Source of the DNA: an uncultured delta proteobacterium | Lineage (GTDB): Bacteria > Desulfobacterota > Binatia > Binatales > Binataceae | Direction of reading: 5' to 3' | DNA length: 64,000 nt | Assembly (NCBI GenBank): GCA_963711565.1 | Contig: CAVQEQ010000001.1 | Location: forward strand, 544,001-608,000 | In this document: piece by piece, positions 11,186 to 20,668 of the stretch | Numbering within the stretch: position 1 is the stretch's first letter | How the letters are laid out: each line of letters begins with the position of its first letter | Notes under the pieces: generated by a model | Told to the model about the DNA's origin: nothing | Seen by the model: only the letters and a program-made list of their open reading frames with translations | The model's database searches: none | Translations under genes and position numbers: made by a program

Positions 11186-12123
11186 CGAACTTTGCCGCCC
11201 TGCGCAATGCGAGCAGTGTCGCTCAACGCCGAGACCTTTGCGCTGCGCTGGACGACCTCGGTGCCGATTCCTGAGCGCGTGAAAATTTCGAGCAGCACCG
11301 CGTGCTTGTTGCGCCCGTCGATTATGTGCGTCTTCGCGACGCCCTTGGTCAGCGCCTCGATGCAGCATTCGACCTTCGGAATCATCCCTTCGTGAATGAC
11401 GCCGCGCGCGATCAGGCGCCGCGCTTCCGCCGCATCGAGTGTCGAGAGCAGCTTGCCGTCCTTGTCCTTCACGCCTTCAACGTCGCTCAGCAGTATCAAT
11501 TTTTCCGCCTTGAGCGCGGCCGCGATCTCGCCCGCCGCGGTATCGGCATTGATGTTGTACGTCTGGCCGTCGCGGCCAAATCCCGTCGGCGCGATCACCG
11601 GGATGAAATTGTTCACCTCAAGCGTGCGCAGCAATTCCGGATTGACGCGATCGACTTCGCCGACCAGCCCGATATCGACGCGCGAGCGCTTGCCGTTGTC
11701 GTCGGTCACGACCATACGCATCTTGCGCGATCTGATCAGGTCGCCGTCCTTGCCCGACAGCCCGACCGCGCGCCCGCCCGCCCGCGAGATCGTCGCGACG
11801 AGATCCTTGTTGATTCTCTGCAGCACCATCTCGGCCGCTTCCATCGTCGCCGGATCGGTCACACGCATCCCGCGTACGAAGCGCGACTTCAGCCCGAGCT
11901 TGCCGATCAGTTCCGTGATCTGCGGGCCGCCGCCGTGCACGATTATCGGGTTGATGCCGACCAGGTCGAGCAGCACGACCTCCCGCGCAAAACTTTCGCG
12001 CAGCTCCTCGGTTTGCATCGCGTGGCCGCCGTATTTGATGACGAACGTCTTGCCGCGAAAGCGCCGAATGTACGGCAGCGCTTCGATGAGCACGTCGGCT
12101 CGATTGTGGGTCGCCTCTTTCAC
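11182..12123 (-). CDS. argB: Acetylglutamate kinase
   Basis: [28 protein letters not shown]. Confidence 0.96.
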   Translation of the reverse strand: MKEATHNRADVLIEALPYIRRFRGKTFVIKYGGHAMQTEELRESFAREVVLLDLVGINPIIVHGGGPQITELIGKLGLKSRFVRGMRVTDPATMEAAEMVLQRINKDLVATISRAGGRAVGLSGKDGDLIRSRKMRMVVTDDNGKRSRVDIGLVGEVDRVNPELLRTLEVNNFIPVIAPTGFGRDGQTYNINADTAAGEIAAALKAEKLILLSDVEGVKDKDGKLLSTLDAAEARRLIARGVIHEGMIPKVECCIEALTKGVAKTHIIDGRNKHAVLLEIFTRSGIGTEVVQRSAKVSALSDTARIAQGGKVR

Positions 12124-12235
12124 GCTCTAAAGAACCTCGCCAAAACCCGGAAAAGGAAATGAAAACAGTATTGCACGCGCGGCGCAATCCATCGCCTGCG
12201 TGGCAGTTAATACAAGTCTAACGGTTGCGCGGGAG

Positions 12236-13606
12236 CTACAGAATATAGCGCGAAAGATCCTCGTCTTTGACGATCTCGTCGAGGCGGCCGTGAACGTAGG
12301 CGGCGTCGATTGTCAGCTCTTTGTTCTGCAGCTCCGGCGCGTTGAATGACAGCTCTTCGAGCAGGCGCTCGAGCACCGTATGCAGCCGGCGCGCGCCGAT
12401 ATTTTCCGAGCGCGAGTTGACCTTGGCCGCGATCTCCGCCAGCGCCGCGACGCCGTCTTCGGTGAACCGCATTCGCACGCCCTCGGTCTCCATCAGCGCT
12501 ACGTATTGCCGCGTCAGCGCGTTCTCCGGCTCGGTCAGGATGCGGATGAAATCTTCGCGCGTGAGCGCCTTCAGCTCCACGCGAATCGGAAAGCGGCCCT
12601 GGAACTCGGGAATCAGATCCGACGGCTTCGACGTATGGAACGCGCCCGACGCGACAAACAAAATGTGATCGGTCTTCACCGCGCCATATTTCGTGTTGAC
12701 TGTCGAGCCCTCGACGATCGGCAGCAGGTCGCGCTGCACGCCTTCGCGCGACACGTCCGGCCCGTGCGTCTCGCGCCCCGCGATCTTGTCGATCTCATCG
12801 ATGAAAACTATCCCCGACTGTTCCGCGCGCGTGATCGCCTCGTGCGCGACCGCCTCCATATCCACCAGCCGCGCCGCTTCCTCCGCAGTCAGCAGCTCGA
12901 GCGCCTCGGGGATTTTCACTTTGCGCGTGCGCGTCTTCTTCGGCATGAGCTGATTCATCAGCTCCTTCATGTTGAGGCCCATCTCTTCCATGCCCTGCGG
13001 CGTGAAGACCTCGATATTCGGCGCGGCGTTCGCGCTGACTTCGAGCTCGACCTCGCGATCGTTGAGGTGGCCGCCGATGAGCAGCTTACGCAACTTCTCG
13101 CGCGTGTCTTTGTGCGAGTCGTTATCCACGACCTCTACATTCCCTTCGGGAGTGATCCCCGCAGGACGGCGAACTTTCGTCGGCGCCGGGAACAGCAAAT
13201 CGAGCAGGCGTTCTTCGGCATTTTCGCGCGCCTTCACCGCAACGCGCTCGCGCGCTTCGTCGCGCACCATCTTGACCGAGCACTCGGCCAGGTCGCGAAT
13301 CATCGACTCAACGTCGCGCCCGACGTAGCCGACCTCGGTGTAGCGGGATGCTTCTACCTTGACGAACGGCGCCTGCGCCAGCCGCGCCAGCCGCCGCGCG
13401 ATTTCCGTCTTGCCGACGCCGGTCGGCCCGATCATCAGGATGTTTTTGGGCGCGATTTCGTCGCGCAGGTCCGGCGCGACATTCTGCCGCCGCCATCGAT
13501 TGCGCAGCGCGATCGCAACAGCGCGCTTCGCGTCATGCTGCCCGACGATATATCGATCGAGCTCCGAGACGATCTCGCGCGGCGTCATCACCTGTGGAAC
13601 TGCCAT
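12236..13606 (-). CDS. hslU: ATP-dependent protease ATPase subunit HslU
   Basis: [40 protein letters not shown]-terminal DLSRYIL. Confidence 0.97.
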   Translation of the reverse strand: MAVPQVMTPREIVSELDRYIVGQHDAKRAVAIALRNRWRRQNVAPDLRDEIAPKNILMIGPTGVGKTEIARRLARLAQAPFVKVEASRYTEVGYVGRDVESMIRDLAECSVKMVRDEARERVAVKARENAEERLLDLLFPAPTKVRRPAGITPEGNVEVVDNDSHKDTREKLRKLLIGGHLNDREVELEVSANAAPNIEVFTPQGMEEMGLNMKELMNQLMPKKTRTRKVKIPEALELLTAEEAARLVDMEAVAHEAITRAEQSGIVFIDEIDKIAGRETHGPDVSREGVQRDLLPIVEGSTVNTKYGAVKTDHILFVASGAFHTSKPSDLIPEFQGRFPIRVELKALTREDFIRILTEPENALTRQYVALMETEGVRMRFTEDGVAALAEIAAKVNSRSENIGARRLHTVLERLLEELSFNAPELQNKELTIDAAYVHGRLDEIVKDEDLSRYIL

Positions 13607-13627
13607 CGCTTGAAAACTTCCTGAAGA

Positions 13628-14200
13628 CTATAACTCTTCGAACACGAATTGGTCGTTGGTGTATACGCAGACTTCCGACGCGATCTTCATCGCACCTTCC
13701 GCAATCTGGCGCGCCGTCATCCCCGAGCCGTGACGAATCAGCGCACGCGCGGCCGACAGCGCGTAGTTGCCGCCCGATCCGATCGCCAGGATTCCGTCGT
13801 CAGGCTCGAGCACGTCGCCGACGCCCGAAATGAGCAGCGAGCTCTCCTTGTCCGCGACGACCAGCATCGCCTCGAGCCGCCGCAGGATTCGATCCGTGCG
13901 CCAGTCCTTGGCCAGCTCGACCGCCGCACGGCGCAGCACTCCGTTGTATTCCTGCAGCTTCAATTCGAACTTGTCGAACAGCGTCAGCGCGTCCGCGGTC
14001 GAGCCTGCAAATCCTGCTAGCACTCTGTCCTGATGCAGCCGGCGCACTTTCTTCGCCTTGCTCTTCATGATCGTCTGCCCGACGCTCACCTGCCCGTCAC
14101 CGGCGATCACGACGTGCCCCTCGTGGCGCACGCTCAGAATCGTCGTGTGGCGAAATTCGGCGCCCGGCTCGATACCCCTGTCAGACTCGTGGGAAGGCAC
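13628..14200 (-). CDS. hslV: ATP-dependent protease subunit HslV
   Basis: TTILSVR (N-terminal Thr nucleophile), [23 protein letters not shown]. Confidence 0.97.
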   Translation of the reverse strand: MPSHESDRGIEPGAEFRHTTILSVRHEGHVVIAGDGQVSVGQTIMKSKAKKVRRLHQDRVLAGFAGSTADALTLFDKFELKLQEYNGVLRRAAVELAKDWRTDRILRRLEAMLVVADKESSLLISGVGDVLEPDDGILAIGSGGNYALSAARALIRHGSGMTARQIAEGAMKIASEVCVYTNDQFVFEEL

Positions 14201-15107
14201 GTCGATAAACCTCTTTCAAATGATGCACACTGACATGAGTATAGCGCTGCGTCGTCGCCAGGCTCGCATGGCCGAGCATCTCCTGTATCGACCTCAAATC
14301 AGCCCCATTGCCAAGCATATGCGTTGCGAAAGAATGGCGCAGCCCATGCGGCGTAACGCCCACGGTGACGCCAGCCGCCTCGATTCTACGCTGCAGGATC
14401 ATCTCGACGCTGCGCGTGGTCAGCCGTCCGCCGCGAAGATTCGTGATTACGGGGCCGTTATGCTCCCACGCGATCGGCATTGCCGTCTTCCACCTCTTCA
14501 ACGCATCCAGGGCCGGCTCGCCGAGCGGCACGAGGCGATCCTTGTTGCCCTTGCCCGCGCGGATCATCACCATCCCGAGCTCTTCGTCGATATCCCGCCA
14601 GTCCAACCCGACCAGCTCGCCGACGCGCAGCCCCGACGAGTACAACGTCTCGAAGATCGCACGGTCGCGTATCGCGGCGGGCGTCGAGTCATCGAGCGTC
14701 GGCGAGAATTCGATCAGCTTGCGAACTTCGGCTTCCTGAAGGATCGACGGCAAGCCGCGCACATTCTTCGGCGATCGAATCGATCGCGCCGGGCTCGCCG
14801 CGCCGATCGTCGTCTCGCGATATCGGAAGAACGCCTTGATCGCACTAAGTCTGCGCTGGACGGTTGCGCGTTTTGCGGTCTTCATCAGTTCCTTCAGGTA
14901 GCTGCGGATATGATCCGCTGTGATGCTCGCGACGTCGATCTCATCGGCGCGTTTGCCGAGAATCGCCGCCCGCTCGAGCATGAAACTCCGGAAGCCGAGC
15001 AGGTCGCGCCGGTAGTTCGTCACCGTATTGTCCGCGGCGCGCGACGCCTTCCTCAGCGCCGCAGCAAACGCCTCCACCTCGGCCTCCATCATCTCGCGCG
15101 CATCCAT
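14181..15107 (-). CDS. xerC: Tyrosine recombinase XerC
   Basis: [50 protein letters not shown]; directly upstream of hslV; start trimmed to ATG 15107. Confidence 0.9.
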   Translation of the reverse strand: MDAREMMEAEVEAFAAALRKASRAADNTVTNYRRDLLGFRSFMLERAAILGKRADEIDVASITADHIRSYLKELMKTAKRATVQRRLSAIKAFFRYRETTIGAASPARSIRSPKNVRGLPSILQEAEVRKLIEFSPTLDDSTPAAIRDRAIFETLYSSGLRVGELVGLDWRDIDEELGMVMIRAGKGNKDRLVPLGEPALDALKRWKTAMPIAWEHNGPVITNLRGGRLTTRSVEMILQRRIEAAGVTVGVTPHGLRHSFATHMLGNGADLRSIQEMLGHASLATTQRYTHVSVHHLKEVYRRAFPRV

Positions 15108-15219
15108 TTGAGCGGCTATGCTATCAGCGGCGATTCGGGCGAAAAAGCGTGCATTTCCGAGCCGGTCGCATTCTCGTCTCGCGGAGCACCATGCCGCACG
15201 AAGAACTCGCCTCGTCGCT

Positions 15220-15507
15220 ATGAACTGTTGGAATTGCGCGAACAAAATTGAAGTCGTCACCGGCGAACGCGTGGGTTTTCGCGACGAATGCCCCGGATGC
15301 GGCCGCGCGCTCCACTCATGCCGCAACTGCGGCTTTTACGATCCGGCATACAACAACAGTTGCCGCGAGCCGATGGCGGAGCGGGTAGTGGACAAGGAAC
15401 GATTCAACTTCTGCGAATATTACATCCCCGGCGACGCGGCCGTTAAGCCGCCGGTCAAAACGGGCGCGCAGGACAAGCTGGAGGCTCTCTTCAAGAAAAA
15501 ATCATGA
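15220..15507 (+). CDS. Small Cys-rich (zinc-ribbon-like) hypothetical protein
   Basis: MNCWNC...CPGC..LHSCRNCGFYD...CRE...NFCEYY; stop overlaps next ATG. Confidence 0.75.
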   Translation: MNCWNCANKIEVVTGERVGFRDECPGCGRALHSCRNCGFYDPAYNNSCREPMAERVVDKERFNFCEYYIPGDAAVKPPVKTGAQDKLEALFKKKS

Positions 15508-15929
15508 CACGCAAATTCCAGCTTTCTGACCGATGCGCCGAACTTCTCTTTGTCGCGGCGTTCGCTTCAATCGTCGCCACGGGATGCCATCCCGCGAACA
15601 GCGCGCGCGGCGTCGTCGATCGCTTCATCGATCAATATTATGTAGCGATCGATCTGAAGGCGGCCGAGCCCTTCTGCACCGGCCTAGCACTCGACAAGCT
15701 GCATCACGAACAGCAGCTAATCGGTAACCAGAAAATCGACGAGAACACCCGCAAGCCCGTCGTCCACTACAAGCTGACCGCCGAGCGCGACGCCACCGAC
15801 CATATCGAGTTCCTGTTCCGCGCGACCATCAACGTCCCCGAAGGCGGCACCTTTAATCGCAACTGGCTGATCACGGCGCGCAAAGAAGCCGACACCTGGA
15901 AAGTCTCGAACTTCGATGACTACGAATAG
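15504..15929 (+). CDS. Hypothetical lipoprotein
   Basis: Hydrophobic N-terminus ending VATGC; overlaps both neighbours; WKVSNF end reminiscent of an NTF2-like fold. Confidence 0.65.
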   Translation: MTRKFQLSDRCAELLFVAAFASIVATGCHPANSARGVVDRFIDQYYVAIDLKAAEPFCTGLALDKLHHEQQLIGNQKIDENTRKPVVHYKLTAERDATDHIEFLFRATINVPEGGTFNRNWLITARKEADTWKVSNFDDYE

Positions 15930-17346
15930 CGTCGCCGCGATCATCCTCGCCGCCGGCAAGGGCACTCGGATGCGCTCGCAGCGCGCCAAGGTCCTGCACC
16001 AGCTCGGCGGCGAGCCGATGATCGCGCGCGCGGTTCGCGCCGTCGCCGCGCTAAAGCCCCATCCTATCGTGATCGTCGTCGGTCACCAGGCGCGCGAAGT
16101 CGAAGCCGCCATTAATTTTCCGAACGCGCGATTCGCGCTCCAGGAGCCGCAGCGAGGCACCGGCGACGCCGCGCGATGCGCACTGAGCCAGCTTCCCGCG
16201 AACTTCACCGGCGACGTGCTAATCACCTACGGCGACATGCCTGCAATCAAGTCGTCAACGCTGCGCGCCTTCCTCGACGCACATCGAAACGGCGGCGCAA
16301 AGCTCTCGTTTATCAGTATCGTTCTCGACGATCCGGCCGCGTACGGCCGCGTGATTCGGGATGCGGACGGCAAGATCGAGAAAATCGTCGAGTTCCGCGA
16401 CGCGTCACCCGCCGAGCGCGCCATTAGGGAAATCAACACCGGTTGTTACATCGTCAATAGCGGCCTGCTTCGATCTGCGCTCGCGGAACTGAAACCGGGC
16501 AATGCCCAGGATGAGTACTACCTGACCGATATCGTTGCGATGGCGCGTGCGCGTCGCGAAGAAGTCGAAGCGTGGGTTGCCACCGACCCGGCGGAATTCG
16601 CCGGCATCAACTCGCGCGAGGAGCTGGCAAATATGGAAGCGGAAATTCGTGCAGCCGTTAACCGCAAGCTGATGGCGTCGGGCGTGACGCTCGTCGATCC
16701 CCCGACGGCCTACATTTCTGAACAAGCGGAAATCGCGCCCGACTGCGTTATCGGTCCCAACGTTCAGATTCTCGGCGCGTGCAAGCTCGGCGAGGGCGTG
16801 CGAATCGACGGCACCGCATGGCTCAGCAACGTGACGATTGGCCCGCGATGCCATCTGAAGCTGGGAGTGCGCGCCGAAGATTGCGTTATCGGCGAGGATT
16901 CCGAAATCGGCCCGTTCGCCAACCTGCGCACCGGCACCGAACTCGCCGGCCACAACCGCATCGGCAATTTCGTCGAGACCAAAAAAGCGCGCCTCGGCCG
17001 CGGCACCAAGGCCAGCCACCTGAGCTATCTCGGCGACGCCACGATAGGCGCCGACACCAACATCGGCTGCGGCGTTATCACCGTGAACTACGACGGCTAC
17101 GACAAGCACCAAACGGAAATCGGCGACCGCTGCATGGTGGGATGCGACACGCAACTGGTCGCGCCGGTAAAGGTCGGCAGCGACGTGTACGTCGCGTCCG
17201 GCACGACGATCATCCGCGAAGTGCCCGACGGCGCGCTCGTGATGTCGCATCACCCGCAGCGCGAAAAATCCGGCTGGATGGCCGGCTGGCGCAAGCGCCA
17301 CAACGACAGCCCCGACGGCAGCTTGCGGCGCAAGAAGAATCACTAG
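15916..17346 (+). CDS. glmU: Bifunctional UDP-GlcNAc pyrophosphorylase/GlcN-1-P acetyltransferase
   Basis: LAAGKGTRMRS, YGDMP, EYYLTD, hexapeptide repeats, HLSYLGD, NYDG. Confidence 0.96.
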   Translation: MTTNSVAAIILAAGKGTRMRSQRAKVLHQLGGEPMIARAVRAVAALKPHPIVIVVGHQAREVEAAINFPNARFALQEPQRGTGDAARCALSQLPANFTGDVLITYGDMPAIKSSTLRAFLDAHRNGGAKLSFISIVLDDPAAYGRVIRDADGKIEKIVEFRDASPAERAIREINTGCYIVNSGLLRSALAELKPGNAQDEYYLTDIVAMARARREEVEAWVATDPAEFAGINSREELANMEAEIRAAVNRKLMASGVTLVDPPTAYISEQAEIAPDCVIGPNVQILGACKLGEGVRIDGTAWLSNVTIGPRCHLKLGVRAEDCVIGEDSEIGPFANLRTGTELAGHNRIGNFVETKKARLGRGTKASHLSYLGDATIGADTNIGCGVITVNYDGYDKHQTEIGDRCMVGCDTQLVAPVKVGSDVYVASGTTIIREVPDGALVMSHHPQREKSGWMAGWRKRHNDSPDGSLRRKKNH

Positions 17347-17434
17347 CGACCGGACGCGTCGCTTGAACTCGCTCATCCGAGCGAGAATAATCATCGGAAC
17401 GAGGTGACGGTCGAGGCGATAGAAAATATAGAAC

Positions 17435-17580
17435 GAGAGTAGCGCCAGGACTCATGTTCATCGCATGAGTTGACGAGGTGGAAGCAGTATCGAAAGATTC
17501 GGCGGATGGCTTCCCGGCTCCACAGTCGATAGAGGCGAGCAAACCGCGCGGGTGACCGCGCGACAAAACGCGCCTCGAGT
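17435..17580 (+). ncRNA. glmS ribozyme (GlcN6P-activated self-cleaving riboswitch)
   Basis: AGCGCCAG at 17441, P1 GACTCATG/CATGAGTT, GACGAGG, TATCGAAAGATTCGGCGGATG, GGAAGC/GCTTCC pairing, P4 with AAAC-CGCGCG-GGTGAC-CGCGCG-ACAAA; about 130 nt upstream of glmS. Confidence 0.93.
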
Positions 17581-17709
17581 GGCAGAGCATCGCGGCTCTG
17601 ACGTGATTTTCTAAACTCTCCTGCACAAATCATTTCTCTATCGTTTTCGCTCTGTCTGCGAGTTCGGATAACTCTGCAAACTTCCCTGCGGGGAAAGGAG
17701 CGAACGTGC

Positions 17710-19542
17710 ATGTGCGGAATAATCGGATATGTCGGACCGAGCGAGGCCTACCCAATCCTGCTCGAAGGACTCGGCCGTCTGGAGTATCGCGGGTACGACT
17801 CAGCCGGCGTCGCAACAATCGTCGATAGCGGCAAGCTCGAAATTCGCCGCGCCAAGGGCAAGCTCGAAAACCTGCGCCACCTGCTGGCGGAGGCGCCGCT
17901 GCAAGGCCATATCGGAATCGGGCACACGCGATGGGCCACGCACGGCCGCCCGTCCGAAGAAAATGCGCATCCGCACAAAGCCGGCCCGGTCGCCGTGATT
18001 CACAACGGCATCGTCGAGAATTTCGTCGATCTGCGCGCCGAACTGCTCGCTCGCGGCCACAAGCTCCGCTCCGAAACCGATACCGAGCTGATTTCGCATC
18101 TGATCGAGGAGAAGCTCAAAACCGGTCTCGGCCTGACCGAGGCTGTGCGCGAGGCCGTCCTGCGAATCCGCGGTTCGTTCTCGATCGTCGTGCTCTCGGA
18201 AACCGAGCCCGGCAAGCTGGTCGCCGCCAAGACCGCGACGCCGATGGTGTTGGGGCTCGGCGACGGCGAAAACTTCATCGCGTCGGATATTCCAGCGATT
18301 CTCGAACACACGCGACGCTCGATGGTCCTCGAGGACGGCGAGCTGGCCGAGGTCACCGCCAACGCAATCCGGCTGATGAAGTTCGACGGCACCGCGGTCA
18401 CTCGCGCGCCGCGTCAAGTGGAATGGGATGCGGTCGCCGCGACCAAGGCCGGCTTTCGGCATTACCTGCGCAAGGAAATCAGCGACCAGCCGCAGGCATG
18501 GATCGACACGATGGCCGGACGCGCCGATGGCGGTTCGTCCGTCGTGCGCTTCGACGGCGAGCTGCTGCCGGCGGGCGGCCCCGCGTCGATTGGGCGAATC
18601 GTGATGCTGGCGGCGGGCGCGTCATGGATTACCGCGCAAGTCGCCAAGTTCATGATCGAAGATCTCGCGGGGATTCCGGTCGAGGTCGATTACTCGTCCG
18701 AGTTCCGCTACCGGCGGCCTCCGATCGACGAGCGCACCATGATCATCGCCGTGTCGCAGTCGGGCGAGACGGCCGACACCATTGCAGCGATGGAAGAAGG
18801 GCGCGCGCGCGGGGCGCATCTGCTGGCAATCACCAACACCGTGGACTCGTCGATAGCGCGCAAGGCCGACGCGCAGCTGTACACGCGATGCGGTCCCGAG
18901 ACGAGTGTCACGACAACCAAATGCTTTCTCACGCAGCTCGAGGCTTACTACCTGTTCGCGATTCATCTGGCGGCGCGGATGGGACGGTTGTCCGACGCCG
19001 ACGCGGACAAGCTGCTGCAGCCGGCGTTCGCGATTCCCGGACAAATCAAAACTATCTTCGAGAGCGAGCCGAATATTCAGGCGATCGCGCGCAAGTACGC
19101 GCAAGCGCGAGACTTCTTGTTCCTTGGACGCGGCATCAACTATCCAATCGCGCTCGAAGGTGCGCTCAAGCTGAAGGAAATTTCCTACATCCACGCCGAG
19201 GGTTACTCGGCGGGCGAAATGAAGCACGGTCCGATCGCGCTTATCGACGAGAAGATGCCGGTGGTGGTTATAATTCCCAACGACGACCTGTTCGAGAAGT
19301 CGATGTCGAATCTCAAGGAGGTCGAATCGCGCAACGGCCGGATTATCGCAGTGACCAATCATGCGACCGCGGAGCTGAAGAGCGTCGCCGCGGAAATTAT
19401 CGAAGTGCCCGAGACCAATCGCATGCTCACTCCGGTGCTGATGACGGTGCCGCTGCAGTTGCTCGCGTATCACATAGCTTCGGAACGCGGGACCGACGTC
19501 GATCAGCCGCGCAATCTCGCTAAGTCGGTGACGGTCGAATAG
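17710..19542 (+). CDS. glmS: Glutamine--fructose-6-phosphate aminotransferase
   Basis: MCGIIG, GHTRWATHG, SQSGETADT, EMKHGPIAL, C-terminal DQPRNLAKSVTVE. Confidence 0.98.
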   Translation: MCGIIGYVGPSEAYPILLEGLGRLEYRGYDSAGVATIVDSGKLEIRRAKGKLENLRHLLAEAPLQGHIGIGHTRWATHGRPSEENAHPHKAGPVAVIHNGIVENFVDLRAELLARGHKLRSETDTELISHLIEEKLKTGLGLTEAVREAVLRIRGSFSIVVLSETEPGKLVAAKTATPMVLGLGDGENFIASDIPAILEHTRRSMVLEDGELAEVTANAIRLMKFDGTAVTRAPRQVEWDAVAATKAGFRHYLRKEISDQPQAWIDTMAGRADGGSSVVRFDGELLPAGGPASIGRIVMLAAGASWITAQVAKFMIEDLAGIPVEVDYSSEFRYRRPPIDERTMIIAVSQSGETADTIAAMEEGRARGAHLLAITNTVDSSIARKADAQLYTRCGPETSVTTTKCFLTQLEAYYLFAIHLAARMGRLSDADADKLLQPAFAIPGQIKTIFESEPNIQAIARKYAQARDFLFLGRGINYPIALEGALKLKEISYIHAEGYSAGEMKHGPIALIDEKMPVVVIIPNDDLFEKSMSNLKEVESRNGRIIAVTNHATAELKSVAAEIIEVPETNRMLTPVLMTVPLQLLAYHIASERGTDVDQPRNLAKSVTVE

Positions 19543-19562
19543 TGTAGGTCCAGGTTAATGCG

Positions 19563-20180
19563 ATGGAGGAAACCCGGACTGGTCTATCTGGCACTTCTAG
19601 TAGCGTTCCTTCCAAGACGCCCCGGCAGCTGCAGGCGATCCTCGACCTGCTCGGCATCGACGACGAGGCTGATGCTGTCAAAGGCGACAAGCCGGAAAGG
19701 ATCCTGAGCCTTCTGTATCGCTTCCTGGACATATTGGACGCAAAGACTTCCTATTTACTGAGCTTCAACTCGATCATTGTGGCCGCACAGGTATTCGTGG
19801 CGGGGGCAACGTTTCAGCCGATAGGCGGCGCTTCCAAGAGAGCACCTGCGTGGATGGAGATCGCGCTGTTTTTGTTTGTGCTAGTACCTTTGTTTGGCAC
19901 GATGGAGGGGATGAATGTCTTTCGAGTCGAGTTCCGCTTCCTGAATTGGCAGCAGCCCAGTGCGCTGCGAAAGGATCGCCGTGAAATGGAACCGGCCATG
20001 TGGAAGGAGTTCTGCAGGCTGGCCGATATCTGTGACCAGCGCTACCTTGCCAACACTCGCGTCTGGTATGTCACTTTGATTTCGGCGATCTTGCTCGGCT
20101 TATCGGTGTTTTCGGTGGCTGCCTTGATCGTGTTGGACAGGTGGACTGAACTATGGCCGATTCTAAGCTCGATAAAGTAA
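19563..20180 (+). CDS. Three-TM membrane protein resembling Pycsar-type TM effector (PycTM/DUF5706-like)
   Basis: LDAKTSYLLSFNSII helix, TM, polar loop, LADICDQR then final TM; family call is pattern-level only. Confidence 0.5.
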   Translation: MEETRTGLSGTSSSVPSKTPRQLQAILDLLGIDDEADAVKGDKPERILSLLYRFLDILDAKTSYLLSFNSIIVAAQVFVAGATFQPIGGASKRAPAWMEIALFLFVLVPLFGTMEGMNVFRVEFRFLNWQQPSALRKDRREMEPAMWKEFCRLADICDQRYLANTRVWYVTLISAILLGLSVFSVAALIVLDRWTELWPILSSIK

Positions 20181-20638
20181 CTGCGGTAAGTTTCGATAAG
20201 CTATCCAGACGGGACCGCGAGCTTCTGCAGAAGGCGCGCTCGATGGTGCAGCGTGCCTACGCTCCGTACTCGCGCTTCGGCGTTGGCGCCGCGGTGCGCA
20301 CGACCTCGGGAGCGATTTATTCCGGCGCTAACATGGAAAACGCGGCTTACGCTGTGACACTCTGCGCCGAAACGTCAGCGTTGCAGCAAAGCCTCGCCGC
20401 AGGAGACTTCAAGATAGAGTCGATCGCAGTGATCGGTGGTCCACTGGATGGCACCGGCGGGCGAGAAATCGTCACGCCATGCGGAAGATGTCGCCAGTTG
20501 ATCTTCGAGGCATCTCAGCTATCGGGAAAGGACGTCAGCGTGCTCTCGTCCAACGCGGACATGAGTAAAATCCTCCTGCTGCCAATCTCCGCGTTGCTTC
20601 CACACGGTTTCGGTCCAAAGAATCTCGCCAAGACTTGA
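20153..20638 (+). CDS. cdd: Cytidine deaminase (homotetrameric type)
   Basis: AYAPYSRFGVGAA, GANMENAAY..TLCAE, PCGRCRQ, LLPHGFGP. Confidence 0.9.
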   Translation: MADSKLDKVTAVSFDKLSRRDRELLQKARSMVQRAYAPYSRFGVGAAVRTTSGAIYSGANMENAAYAVTLCAETSALQQSLAAGDFKIESIAVIGGPLDGTGGREIVTPCGRCRQLIFEASQLSGKDVSVLSSNADMSKILLLPISALLPHGFGPKNLAKT

Positions 20639-20668
20639 GCGCGTCCGGACTCTTCTCGCCACTCTTCC

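Noticed and set aside
14181-15107. Tyrosine recombinase as a phage or island integrase
   Set aside because: Size, motifs and position directly upstream of hslVU indicate housekeeping XerC; no att sites or phage genes nearby
19500-19562. Tn7 insertion at the glmS 3' end (TGT follows the stop)
   Set aside because: TGT is immediately at the stop rather than about 25 nt downstream; no Tn7 end repeats, target duplication or tns genes seen
20615-20638. AATCTCGCCAAG at the cdd end resembling the glmS end AATCTCGCTAAG, as an att-like duplication
   Set aside because: Only about 11 matching bases, in coding sequence; compatible with chance
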